From: Candidatus Solincola quzhuomuensis
GTDB lineage: Bacteria > Actinomycetota > Geothermincolia > Geothermincolales > RBG-13-55-18
Length of the DNA stretch: 63,780 bases
NCBI GenBank assembly: GCA_015711855.1
Contig: JACVJF010000003.1
Location: 1 to 63,780 of the forward strand
Reading direction: 5' to 3'
The position numbers and the translations under genes were made by a program. The first letter of the stretch is position 1; each line of letters starts with the position of its first letter. A model generated the notes under the pieces. That model did no database searches. It saw only the letters and a program-made list of their open reading frames with translations, and had not been told where the DNA came from. This document shows, one piece after another, positions 42,089-51,491 of the stretch.

Positions 42089-42343
42089 GTTCGCCCTCCT
42101 TGTCGCCAAGCCGTTCTCGACTTGCCACTCCCTGCCTGTCCTCGGCACGCATATGCTGCGGCATGCACGCACATGCTCCGACGATAATTATTATCGGCGA
42201 CCGGTCGGCGGTTGAAACGGCGGGTACCACCGCCCGCAGGGGATGAGAGGTCCCCACCTTACCAACAGAAAGGAACGAACAGTGCTGCAAGGTTAAAGCC
42301 GCCCTTAAACTCCCTTATTCGTTTTTCCTGCGAGATCGACGCT

Positions 42344-43201
42344 TCAGAGTAAGCGGCGCCCGACCAGGGAAGCAACGCGCAAGCAGAACATGGGTGCCAG
42401 GCGCTTCATGCCGTAAAGGAGGTAAGCCTCTTTTCCCAGGAGGACAAGGAATTTCCCGGCGGCTACCGCTTCCACTATTTTCCTGCCGGCGACCTCGGGG
42501 TCCATGCCCCTTTCCCGAAGCATGGCCGCGTAGCGCTCCTCGTTAACCTTCTGTTTTTCCGTGCGGTAGTGATTGCGGCTGCGGAAACCTATGTCCGTGC
42601 TGATGGCCCCGGGACAGACCACGGTCACCCCCACCCCGTGATTGCGAGCCTCCGCCCAGAGCATCTCCGAGAGGCCCATGACGCCGAACTTGGTCACCGT
42701 GTAGGCCACGTGGAGAGGGAGGGCGGCGAAACCGGACACGGAGGCGATGTTCACGATGTGGCCCTCGCCGCGTTGGACCATATGAGGGAGGAAAAAGCGG
42801 CACCCGTAGATCTCCCCCATGAGGTTCACGCCCACGATCCACTCTATGTCCTCGACGGGGATAACGTCCAGCTCTCCGGAAACGGCCACTCCGGCGTTGT
42901 TCACCAGGATGTCCACCCCTTGCGTTCCGGAAGTCAATCTCTTGGCAAGATCTTCCATGAGTTTACGGTCGGAGACGTCCACCGTTTCCGTCGCGCACTT
43001 CACGCCCTGGGATTCCACCGCGCCGCGGACCCTTTCCAGTCCTTGTGCATCGATGTCCACAGCCACCAGGTCGCATCCCGCCCGGGCCAAGGCCAGGGCT
43101 ATACCCCTTCCCAGGCCGGAGGCGGCTCCAGTGACCACGGCCCTCCTTCCCCGGAACCACTCCATACTTTTACGGCCCGGCAAATTCCCCTTTTCGCCCA
43201 T
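42344..43201 (-). CDS. Short-chain dehydrogenase/reductase
   Basis: TGAASGLG, NNAG, YTVTK. Confidence 0.9.
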   Translation of the reverse strand: MGEKGNLPGRKSMEWFRGRRAVVTGAASGLGRGIALALARAGCDLVAVDIDAQGLERVRGAVESQGVKCATETVDVSDRKLMEDLAKRLTSGTQGVDILVNNAGVAVSGELDVIPVEDIEWIVGVNLMGEIYGCRFFLPHMVQRGEGHIVNIASVSGFAALPLHVAYTVTKFGVMGLSEMLWAEARNHGVGVTVVCPGAISTDIGFRSRNHYRTEKQKVNEERYAAMLRERGMDPEVAGRKIVEAVAAGKFLVLLGKEAYLLYGMKRLAPMFCLRVASLVGRRLL

Positions 43202-43247
43202 CGTTCCCTCCCTTTCTCGGGGTATTTAAGCCAAAGGGTCCCTTTTC

Positions 43248-44102
43248 CTACTGGATGAGGCCCTTGCGCGCCATCCACAGGAGGAGACGCCGTCCCAGGT
43301 CGTCGCGGTTGAAGAAGGCCAGGGTACCGTGATATAAGCCGGGCCGCATGCGCTTCAGGGCCCAGAAGAACCGGCCGGAAGGTTGGGGGATGACGTAGAG
43401 CTTCCTCCTCTCCACCGCCCGCAAGACGGCCTCCGCCACCTGATCCGCCGTCATCCTGGCGTGATCGAAAGAGGTATGGGCGAACTCCCTCTCGAAATCG
43501 TCTGTGCAGCGCAGGGTCTCCAGCAGGCGGGTCTTGAAGAACATGGGGCAGACTACGGTGACCCCGATGCGGTAAGGGGCCAGCTCGCTCCGGAGGGTCT
43601 CGGAAAGGGCGATGACCGCCGCCTTGGTGACGTTGTAGGGTGCCATCTCCGGGAGGGCGAGAAGTCCGGCCGCCGAGGCCACGTTCACGATCCATCCCCC
43701 TCCTTGAGCCTTCATGCGGGGGATGAAGAAGTGGCACCCGTAGAGCATTCCCCAAAAGTTGATCCCCAATATCCACTCCCAGTCCTCCAGCGGTGCCTGG
43801 CCCACGAAACCGGCAGCGGCCACCCCGGCGTTGTTCACCAGGACGTCCACCCCTCCCCAGGAGGTGAAGAAATGGGCGGCCATGGCTTCCACTTCCTCCG
43901 GTCGGCTCACGTCGAGAAGGTAGAACTCGCCGTCACCGCCTCTTTCTCTAACGGTCTTCAGGGTCTCCTCCGCCCGATCGACGTCTACGTCCGCCGCGCC
44001 GATGCGGCATCCCCTCGCGGCCAGGGCCAGCGAAAGCGCTCTGCCCAGCCCGGAACCAGCCCCGGTTATCACCACCCTCTTGCCCGCCAGCCTATACATC
44101 AT
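43248..44102 (-). CDS. Short-chain dehydrogenase/reductase
   Basis: TGAGSGLG, NNAG, YNVTK. Confidence 0.9.
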   Translation of the reverse strand: MMYRLAGKRVVITGAGSGLGRALSLALAARGCRIGAADVDVDRAEETLKTVRERGGDGEFYLLDVSRPEEVEAMAAHFFTSWGGVDVLVNNAGVAAAGFVGQAPLEDWEWILGINFWGMLYGCHFFIPRMKAQGGGWIVNVASAAGLLALPEMAPYNVTKAAVIALSETLRSELAPYRIGVTVVCPMFFKTRLLETLRCTDDFEREFAHTSFDHARMTADQVAEAVLRAVERRKLYVIPQPSGRFFWALKRMRPGLYHGTLAFFNRDDLGRRLLLWMARKGLIQ

Positions 44103-44332
44103 CCACCCCCTTAACTCTCACATCTTCGAGCGAAGGGCCGCTCTTTTTGCCCTCTCCTCGTTCTTTAATGAAGTCGAGGTCAATGCCGAAGCCGATGCTT
44201 TCCTGTTTCTCGCCCGCCTTTTACCTCTCCTCCATACCGATTTCGGCGTTCCGCGCCGCTCGAAATTCTCCGGGTTCTTCCTGCCACTAAGGCTCCACCC
44301 GAAAAAGAATCCTCGTTACGCCGCCTTTACCG

Positions 44333-45685
44333 TCAAGTTTCGTAGAGCCTCTCGAAGACCTGGCCCTTGTAGGTGGAGCGCTCCAGCTCGCCGGGCTCGG
44401 CCCAGACGATCTCCGGGGTGAACTTGGCTTTGACGTGGAAAGCCTCCTTCATCTCCGCCTCCAGCTCGGGGAGCTTTTCCACGGGGAAATCCTCGCCTCG
44501 TTCGATCTTCACCTTCAGGGGAGGCACCACGCGGGGTGGCCTCTCGGTGAGCACGATGCGGAACTGCCCGGTGACCCGGGGGACGAAGGAGGAAACCACG
44601 CCCTCCACCATGGAGGGATAGACTATGACCCCTTTCACCTTGAGCATGTCGTCGGTGCGTCCCACCACCTTGTAGCGGAAGCCGGTGCGGCCGCAGGGAC
44701 AGGGAGAGACGAAGACCTGGTGTACGTCCCCCAGGCTGGTGCGCAGCCAGGCCATTCCCTCCCCCTCCATGACGGTGAAGATGGCCTCCCCTTCCGCCCC
44801 GTCCTCCAGCGGTATGGGCTCCTTGGTCTCCGGGTCCACCAGCTCATAATAGGCCAGGTCGTCGGCCGTCCAGTGCATCCCTTGGTACTCCTCGTGGTCG
44901 CAGGAGAAGCCAAACCCCGCCCCGGCGTCGAAGACGCGGCACCCGTAGGCCGACTCCAGTCTCTCCCGCACCTCGGGGATGCCGGCTCCGGGTTCCCCGC
45001 CGCACATGAGCATGCGGAACCCCAGGTCCTTCGGGTCCCGGCCCTGCTCCCGGCACTTCTCGATGAGGTACTCGGCCAGGGAGGGGGTCCCGGAGTAGAC
45101 CGTCCCCCGGAACAGGGTCTGCATGAGCAGGATGCGATCGGTCCCCGCCTCGGCGCCCACGGGTATGGCCATGGCCCCCAATTTGTGCATGCCCATCATG
45201 GTGGGAATGCCGGCGATGACCATGGACAAGGCAAAGCAGAAGAGCACCCGATCGTGGGAGCGCACGCCTGCCCGCCAGGCCCCCCTCACCATGGCCTCGC
45301 CCCACACGTCCTCCATGTCGTGGCGGGTCATGGGGTAGGGGGTAGGCACGCCGGTGGTTCCGGTGGTGGTGGCCATGATGTTTAGGTCGTCGACGGACAC
45401 GGGGATGATCTGGTCGATGACCTTGAGGATATCCCCACCGAACTCCACCACCATGGCCCGCAACCTCTCCTTGTCGAAGAGGGGCACGGCTCTCGCGAAG
45501 TCCTCGAAGCTATTTATCTTCTCCGGCTTTAAACCCAACTCGTCGAACTGCCTGGTGTAGAAGGGAGCGTTGTCGTAGAGTCGCTGCAGAAGTTTTTTGA
45601 GCTTGGCCAGCTGTATCTCCCGCATCTGCGGGGTGTTTAAGATGGGCTCCATCTCCATGTTCCAGTAAGGCCGCTCTTTTTCCAT
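44333..45685 (-). CDS. Phenylacetate--CoA ligase (PaaK)-family acyl-CoA ligase
   Basis: TTGTTGVPT, GGEPG, GRTDDMLKVKGVIVYP. Confidence 0.85.
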   Translation of the reverse strand: MEKERPYWNMEMEPILNTPQMREIQLAKLKKLLQRLYDNAPFYTRQFDELGLKPEKINSFEDFARAVPLFDKERLRAMVVEFGGDILKVIDQIIPVSVDDLNIMATTTGTTGVPTPYPMTRHDMEDVWGEAMVRGAWRAGVRSHDRVLFCFALSMVIAGIPTMMGMHKLGAMAIPVGAEAGTDRILLMQTLFRGTVYSGTPSLAEYLIEKCREQGRDPKDLGFRMLMCGGEPGAGIPEVRERLESAYGCRVFDAGAGFGFSCDHEEYQGMHWTADDLAYYELVDPETKEPIPLEDGAEGEAIFTVMEGEGMAWLRTSLGDVHQVFVSPCPCGRTGFRYKVVGRTDDMLKVKGVIVYPSMVEGVVSSFVPRVTGQFRIVLTERPPRVVPPLKVKIERGEDFPVEKLPELEAEMKEAFHVKAKFTPEIVWAEPGELERSTYKGQVFERLYET

Positions 45686-45759
45686 TTTCCGCCTCCAATT
45701 CCACTCGTCCCCTGTTGAAGGGGAGGGGATTTCACACCCCTGATCACGGCCTCGTTTCT

Positions 45760-45798
45760 ATACCCTTTGGGGTATCAAATTTCAAGACCTGACCCCTT
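45760..45798. repeat. 39-nt hairpin-containing dispersed repeat, copy 2
   Basis: ATACCC-TTTG-GGGTAT-CAAATTTCAAGACCTGACCCCTT; matches 6407-6445. Confidence 0.8.
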
Positions 45799-46129
45799 AA
45801 AAATTCCTGGGGGGGACCATCTCCGCTCGGTGGAGCGCCTTGTAGAAGCCGCCGAAGTCGTAACCTTGTTCCGCCCGGATGGCCCCCCGCTTGCAGATGG
45901 CGGCGCAGGCGTTGCAGGACATGCAGTCGGGCACCGCCTTGTCGACCATGTAGGCCTTGCGATCCCTGCCCACCCCGGCCACGTAAAGGCAGGCCCCGGG
46001 GCAGACGAGGGCGCAGTTCCCGCACCCGTTGCATTTCTCGTGCTCGATTACCACCCGGCCCGCCCGGCAGGTCTTCGGGTCGTTGTAGGTGGGGATGGTC
46101 ATCCTCTCCTTGAGCGTGAGGTAAGCCAT
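45797..46129 (-). CDS. 2x[4Fe-4S] ferredoxin
   Basis: CNGCGNCALVCP and CMSCNACAAIC; ATG 46129 after GAGGAGG. Confidence 0.88.
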   Translation of the reverse strand: MAYLTLKERMTIPTYNDPKTCRAGRVVIEHEKCNGCGNCALVCPGACLYVAGVGRDRKAYMVDKAVPDCMSCNACAAICKRGAIRAEQGYDFGGFYKALHRAEMVPPRNF

Positions 46130-46143
46130 GCCCGCATCCCTCC

Positions 46144-46899
46144 TCAAAAAACGGACCTCTTCCGGCCGCCTTCCCACCAGTCGATCTCGTGCAGCTCGCG
46201 GGCCACCATGCCGTCGGGCTCTCCCACCGGATACCCCAGAGCGATGGCCTCGATGAACCGGTAAGGCCAGGTGGCGCCCAGCTTTTTCTTCCATTTGCTC
46301 CCGAACTTGAGGAGCTCCACGAACCCCACCCAGCAGGTCCCCAACCCCAGGGAGTGCGCCGCCAGGACCATGTTCTGACCGCAGATGCCGATGTCCACCT
46401 GAGGCTTGGAGACCCCCCGCACGTCCTCCAGGATGAAGATAACCGTGGGAGCCCCGTGGAACAGCTTGAGCTTGCCGTCGGCGATGAGGCGTATGGCTCC
46501 GAAGGGTATGGGGTGCAGCTTGTTGGGCATGAGCCGGATGTAGATCTGGGAGAGGACCCAAGACAGCCTCCCCAGGGGGCTGCTCTCCCAGTCCAGCATG
46601 AATTTCAGGATTTGGCATCGCCATCTAACATATTTTTCCATTTCATCCAGCATGTCCCGGTCGCGGACTACCACGAACCTCCAGGGCTGGGCGTTTCCCG
46701 CCGAAGGGGCGAACCGACCGGCTTCCAGGATGCGGCGCACCAGCTTCTCCGGGACCTGCTCGTCCCGGTACTTGCGCACGCTGCGCCTCTCCAAGATGAC
46801 CCTCTCTACCGGGTTCCAGTCCATGCCCTCGCGCCAGACGTACATCTCGCCGAACGCGGCTTCCTTCCCGTGTTTCTTCTCCGTCAACGTCTCCACCAT
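46144..46899 (-). CDS. Nitroreductase-family flavoprotein
   Basis: RRSVRKY, APSAGNAQPWRFVVV, LAAHSLGLGTCW, IALGYP. Confidence 0.9.
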   Translation of the reverse strand: MVETLTEKKHGKEAAFGEMYVWREGMDWNPVERVILERRSVRKYRDEQVPEKLVRRILEAGRFAPSAGNAQPWRFVVVRDRDMLDEMEKYVRWRCQILKFMLDWESSPLGRLSWVLSQIYIRLMPNKLHPIPFGAIRLIADGKLKLFHGAPTVIFILEDVRGVSKPQVDIGICGQNMVLAAHSLGLGTCWVGFVELLKFGSKWKKKLGATWPYRFIEAIALGYPVGEPDGMVARELHEIDWWEGGRKRSVF

Positions 46900-47128
46900 T
46901 AATCCCCCCCTCAATCCATGTCCCGTAGCCGGGCGTGGGCCGAGCGCGGCTTTCCCTAAAGGACACGCGCTCATGCCATGCCTCCACCGCTTTACCTTCC
47001 CGCCCCGTCAGTCGCCGGGTGCCGAAGCGAAGACCCGGCCCGTACCGAGGCGATATCCGCCCCTTCATTTCCTCGCTCCGTCCGCGATGAATGCCGTGGC
47101 CCTTCGCAGGCAGACCGGTTGTGCCTTC

Positions 47129-48646
47129 TCAATCCTCGAAGACCCGGGCCTCGGGAGCCGCCGGAGAGACGAGGCACTTGAAGAGGTTCAGTCGATTGAG
47201 CTGGTTGGTCCCCTCGTAGATCTGCAGGAGCTTGGCGTCGCGCAGGCACTTCTCCGCCCGTCGATCGTGACGCAGGCCCGCCTGGCCCATGAGCTCCAAG
47301 GCCAGCTGGCAGTTCCTCACCCCCAGGTCGGTGCCCGCCACCTTGGCCAGGGAGGCCCATCCCGACGCACGCCTCGCCTCCTCGTCGCTCTGTCCGTCCA
47401 TGACCAGTTTACGGAAGACTTTGGTCACCGCCTCCTTGGCGTTGACCGCCGGCATCAGGCGGTCCATGACCCGGTTCGGTGCGTAGCGATGATAATAATA
47501 GAGCGGTTTGAAGCCGAGCAGGCGAGCCATCCCGTACATGCTGTTGGAATAATTGGCCTCCATGTAGGAAAGCCTGGCCAAGGCGGCGTTCTTGTACATC
47601 TCCGCCAAGAGACATTGGGCCCACTCGTGGTTGACGAGGAGGCGCCCCTCCACTTCCGTCTCCCTGGCGAACTGCAGGGCCAGCTCGAAGGCCCCCCGGG
47701 CCACGCCCGCACCCATGGCCCCCACCCCGGGCCGGGTGGCGGAAACGACGAAATCTATGAGCTGCATCCCCGCCTCCCTGGGGCTCCTCCTCATCCCCAT
47801 ATCCCGCGCTTGAGAGGCGGAGACGAGCACGTATTCGTCGGGTATGAAACAGTCCTCGAAGACCAGCTCGCTGGCCGGGCAGCCCTTCTGCCCCATCTTC
47901 TTCTCCATGCGACCGAAGGAGAAACCGGGTATCCCGTTTTTCACCGCTAAGGCGATCATGGTCTCGTCCGGATGTTCCAAATCCTCATAGGCTACCAAAA
48001 TATGCCAGGTAGATAAGTGCCCGTTGGAGATGAATATCTTGCGCCCGTTGACCACGTAGCCTCCCTCCACCCTGCGCGCCTGACAGCGAACCTTGGCCCG
48101 GGCCAGGAGCTCCACCTCCTCGGCGTCCGTACCCGCCTCCGGCTCGGTCACCGCTCCCGAGACCAGGCAGGGCTTCCCGTTCCTCTCCCCTTCCACCACC
48201 TCCCGGCTGATCAGATCTATGAGCCGGATGTTCCAGGTAGCCGCCAGTATGGAGTAACCGAAATAGTGCACCCCGATGAGGTTGGTGATGGCCAGGCACT
48301 CCGAGGCCAGTTCCTCCACGAAGGGGGAAATGCTGGTCAAGCTCCAACCCTTGCCCCCGAAGAGCTTGGGGATCCACATGGTGAAGAAACCCCAGCGGTT
48401 GGCCTCCTCCACCAGTTCCCAGGGGAGGTGGGTGGGGTCCTCCTGCATCTTGCGGTCCAAATCCAGGGAGTAGGAGTGCGCCACGGCACGGTTGAAACGC
48501 CGTGCCATAGCCACCGCCTGACGACATTCCTCCACCACCCCTATGGGCATCCTCTCCAGGGCCGTCAGGCTGTGCATGGTGTCCGTGAAGTCCGGGAACT
48601 CCCGGAGGAGCTCCGAGGATTCGCCCTTTCTCCACATCCCTCTCAC
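47129..48646 (-). CDS. Acyl-CoA dehydrogenase (catalytic Glu present, long form)
   Basis: VTEPEAGTD, NGRKIFISNG, KMGQKGCP, RDAKLLQIYEGTNQ; ATG 48637 is an alternative start. Confidence 0.9.
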   Translation of the reverse strand: MRGMWRKGESSELLREFPDFTDTMHSLTALERMPIGVVEECRQAVAMARRFNRAVAHSYSLDLDRKMQEDPTHLPWELVEEANRWGFFTMWIPKLFGGKGWSLTSISPFVEELASECLAITNLIGVHYFGYSILAATWNIRLIDLISREVVEGERNGKPCLVSGAVTEPEAGTDAEEVELLARAKVRCQARRVEGGYVVNGRKIFISNGHLSTWHILVAYEDLEHPDETMIALAVKNGIPGFSFGRMEKKMGQKGCPASELVFEDCFIPDEYVLVSASQARDMGMRRSPREAGMQLIDFVVSATRPGVGAMGAGVARGAFELALQFARETEVEGRLLVNHEWAQCLLAEMYKNAALARLSYMEANYSNSMYGMARLLGFKPLYYYHRYAPNRVMDRLMPAVNAKEAVTKVFRKLVMDGQSDEEARRASGWASLAKVAGTDLGVRNCQLALELMGQAGLRHDRRAEKCLRDAKLLQIYEGTNQLNRLNLFKCLVSPAAPEARVFED

Positions 48647-49794
48647 CCCCTAAAGACCCACGGTTTTTCCCCGTCCACCACGCGCCGGATGAAGCGTAGC
48701 TTCCGCAGCGGGGCCATCCCCAGGAGAGCCTGCAGCTGCTTGGCGTCGCGGAAGCGCTTCTCCTGCCCGTAATCCTGCATGTACCCGTTGCCGCCCAGTA
48801 GTTGTATCCCGTCGCAGGCAACCTCGGCTGCCGCCTCCTGGACCTGCAGGGCGGCGGCTCGGGAGGCCAGCTCCCATCCCGCTCTTCGGGAATCCGCGGC
48901 CTCGGCCGCCTCGCGAACCATCATCTCCGCAGCCTTAGTCCGCACGGCCATGGAGGAGAGGATCATGCGCACCTCCGACCAGTTGACGATCTCCCTTCCT
49001 CCCTGCATCCTCTGGCGCGCGTAATCCAGCGCCGTCTCGAAGGAGCCCTTCATCACCCCACAGGAAGCGGCGGCCGCCGCGACGCTCAAGCGGTCCACGG
49101 CGGCCTCGAAATATCCCTCCCCCTTGCCCTCCTCCCCGACCAGCTCACCAGGAGCCTCGTCGAGATGCAGGTCCACCGCCGGGCAGGCATGCAGTCCCAG
49201 GCTGAGCACGGGCTCGCCCGCCAGCACTCCCGAGCTTCCCAGGTCCACCAGGAAGAGGGACCAGCCCTCACCTGCCGAGCGGGCGGGCAGGAGGGCTTTC
49301 CCGGCCAGGTTTCCCAAGACCACGTATTCCGCTTTTCCGGAGAGCCGGTAGGCGCCGCCGTCCCTGCGGGCCTCCAGGGAGAGGGTCGTGTCGGAGGGGT
49401 TGTGGAAGGACGGGAAGGCCGGTAGGGTTTCCCGGAGGGAAGCCCCGCCGGCGCAGATCTTCTTCCATATCTCCTCCGCCCCGGCCAGCCGCAAGAGCTC
49501 CTGGGTCAGGGCCACGGTGAATATCGCCCCTCCCAGGCTGGCGTCCTCCCTACAGACCTCCTCGAGCACCAGGCAAAGAGCCTGGACGGGCTCAGTGGCG
49601 CCCCCCGACTCCTCCGGGGAAAGGATGGTAAAAAATCCTACTTCAAACGCCTTGGACAGGACTTCCTCGAAGAGAGGCGCGAACGGATAGCGGTCCCGTT
49701 CCTCCCTCCCCTCCACGAGTTCCTTGAGGGCGAAGTCCCTGGCCATATCGTCCAGAAGCCTCAACTCCTCGCTCAAGCCGAGCAACGCCATCAC
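48643..49794 (-). CDS. Acyl-CoA dehydrogenase-like protein lacking the YEG motif
   Basis: YARQRMQGG, QLLGGNGYM, RDAKQLQALLG; stop overlaps the next start (GTGA). Confidence 0.85.
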   Translation of the reverse strand: MMALLGLSEELRLLDDMARDFALKELVEGREERDRYPFAPLFEEVLSKAFEVGFFTILSPEESGGATEPVQALCLVLEEVCREDASLGGAIFTVALTQELLRLAGAEEIWKKICAGGASLRETLPAFPSFHNPSDTTLSLEARRDGGAYRLSGKAEYVVLGNLAGKALLPARSAGEGWSLFLVDLGSSGVLAGEPVLSLGLHACPAVDLHLDEAPGELVGEEGKGEGYFEAAVDRLSVAAAAASCGVMKGSFETALDYARQRMQGGREIVNWSEVRMILSSMAVRTKAAEMMVREAAEAADSRRAGWELASRAAALQVQEAAAEVACDGIQLLGGNGYMQDYGQEKRFRDAKQLQALLGMAPLRKLRFIRRVVDGEKPWVFRG

Positions 49795-50199
49795 CCCTTT
49801 CCTCTTCGGAACGGACGATCGAATCCCGAAACGTCATGACGACGGCCTACGGATACGACCACAGGCCAATAGCCGGAACCGTCCGGCGTCGGGCAGGGGT
49901 CGCCCTTACAAAACCTCGTTAACACGGCGCTTACTAACCGATCCGCCGCCATCCCGCCGTCTTTCCACCCTGGTCATCCGCATCCGCCCTCGCCTTTCCC
50001 TTCCCCGCCGACGGGCATAACCCGAAGCCGTCCGCTGCGAGTGTCGGGTTACGCGAGTAGGTCGTCAAGCCCCCTTCCTCTTTCAGGAAATCGGCACGCA
50101 GCCCTTTGCCTATCCTCGCGCTAATTCCCACTAGGGAAGATAGGAAAAACGTCTCGCTCCTCGACGGCTCCCCTAGCGGTATCCGTCTTTTCCGGCCAT

Positions 50200-51441
50200 C
50201 TAAACTTTTTCCAGAATATGGATGCACATGGCCGCTTCTCCCAGCCCGATGAAACCGCCGCCGTTCTCCGCCAGGGCGATGCGCGCCCCTTCCACCTGGC
50301 GGGGACCGGCCTCTCCCCGTAGCTGCAGGACCAGCTCGTATATCTGGGCTATCCCCGAGGCCCCGATGGGATGTCCCCGGCACTCCAGACCACCGCTGGT
50401 GTTCACCGGGAGCCTCCCCCCGATCTCGGTGGCGCCGCTTTCGGCGAAGGGTCCTCCTTCTCCCTCGGGGCAGAACCCCAGTTCCTCGTACTGCATGAGT
50501 TCCCCGAAGGCGGTGGCGTCGTGCACCTCGGCCACGTCCACGTCCTCCGGCCCTAATCCGGCCTTATCATAGGCCTCCCGGCTCAAACGGCGGCCGATGG
50601 ACTCCAACCCCGAGCCGGGGAGGGAGCCCGAGGCCAAAACGGAGGCTCGGACGCGCACCGCCCGGGCTTGGGGGTACTTCCGGAGAGCCCTTTCCGAGCC
50701 GAGGAGGGCCGCCGCCGCCCCGTCGCCGATGGGAGCGCACATGGAACGGGTGAGGGGGTAGGCCACCAGGACGTCCTCCAGGACCTCCTCCACGGTCATG
50801 TCCCTCTGGTACTGCGCCAAGGGGTTGAGGGAGCCGTGACGGTGATTTTTGGCGGCGATGACCGCTAGCTGCCTCTGGGTGGTCCCGTATCTTTGCATGT
50901 GGGCGCGCGCCCCCATGGCATAGACGTCCATGAAGCCGGAATGGCCTCCTCTCTTCTCCTTGCCCTCCGCCCCCACTTCCCGGGCTTTGCGGGCGGCGTC
51001 AGCCTGGAAAACCTCGATGACCTTGCGGGCGAACTCCACGTCCATCCCGGAGAGGAAACCCTCGAACATCTTGGCCTTGTCCTCCGGGAACCAGGTCTTC
51101 TCTGCACCCACCGCCAGCACCAGGTCGAACTCTTCCGCCTTGACGCTCAACCAGGCCTCGCGCAGGGCGGTGGAGCCCCCGGCACAGGCGTTCTCCACGT
51201 TGACGATGGGTATGCCCTGGAGGCCCAAGGGCGCCAAGGCCACCTGCCCGCGGATGCAGTGCTGCCCGGTGTTCATCCCCCACCCCGAGTTGGAGAACCA
51301 GGCCGCTTGGATGTCTTTTCCATCCACCGGCAGGTCCTCGAAGAGGGCCTGCAGGGCCTCGGCGGTCAGTTGCTTGACGCTCTTCTCCGCGTACTTGCCG
51401 AAGCGGGTCATGCCCACGCCCAGGATGTAAACGTCTCCCAT
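50200..51441 (-). CDS. SCP2-type thiolase
   Basis: VENACAGG, EVHDAT, NTSGGLECRGHPIGASG, ENGGG; ATG 51441 after AGGAGG. Confidence 0.9.
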   Translation of the reverse strand: MGDVYILGVGMTRFGKYAEKSVKQLTAEALQALFEDLPVDGKDIQAAWFSNSGWGMNTGQHCIRGQVALAPLGLQGIPIVNVENACAGGSTALREAWLSVKAEEFDLVLAVGAEKTWFPEDKAKMFEGFLSGMDVEFARKVIEVFQADAARKAREVGAEGKEKRGGHSGFMDVYAMGARAHMQRYGTTQRQLAVIAAKNHRHGSLNPLAQYQRDMTVEEVLEDVLVAYPLTRSMCAPIGDGAAAALLGSERALRKYPQARAVRVRASVLASGSLPGSGLESIGRRLSREAYDKAGLGPEDVDVAEVHDATAFGELMQYEELGFCPEGEGGPFAESGATEIGGRLPVNTSGGLECRGHPIGASGIAQIYELVLQLRGEAGPRQVEGARIALAENGGGFIGLGEAAMCIHILEKV

Positions 51442-51491
51442 CTCGCCTCCTTTTCCTCCGAGCCGAAAAGCGGGCGGCGAGCGCCCCTTGG

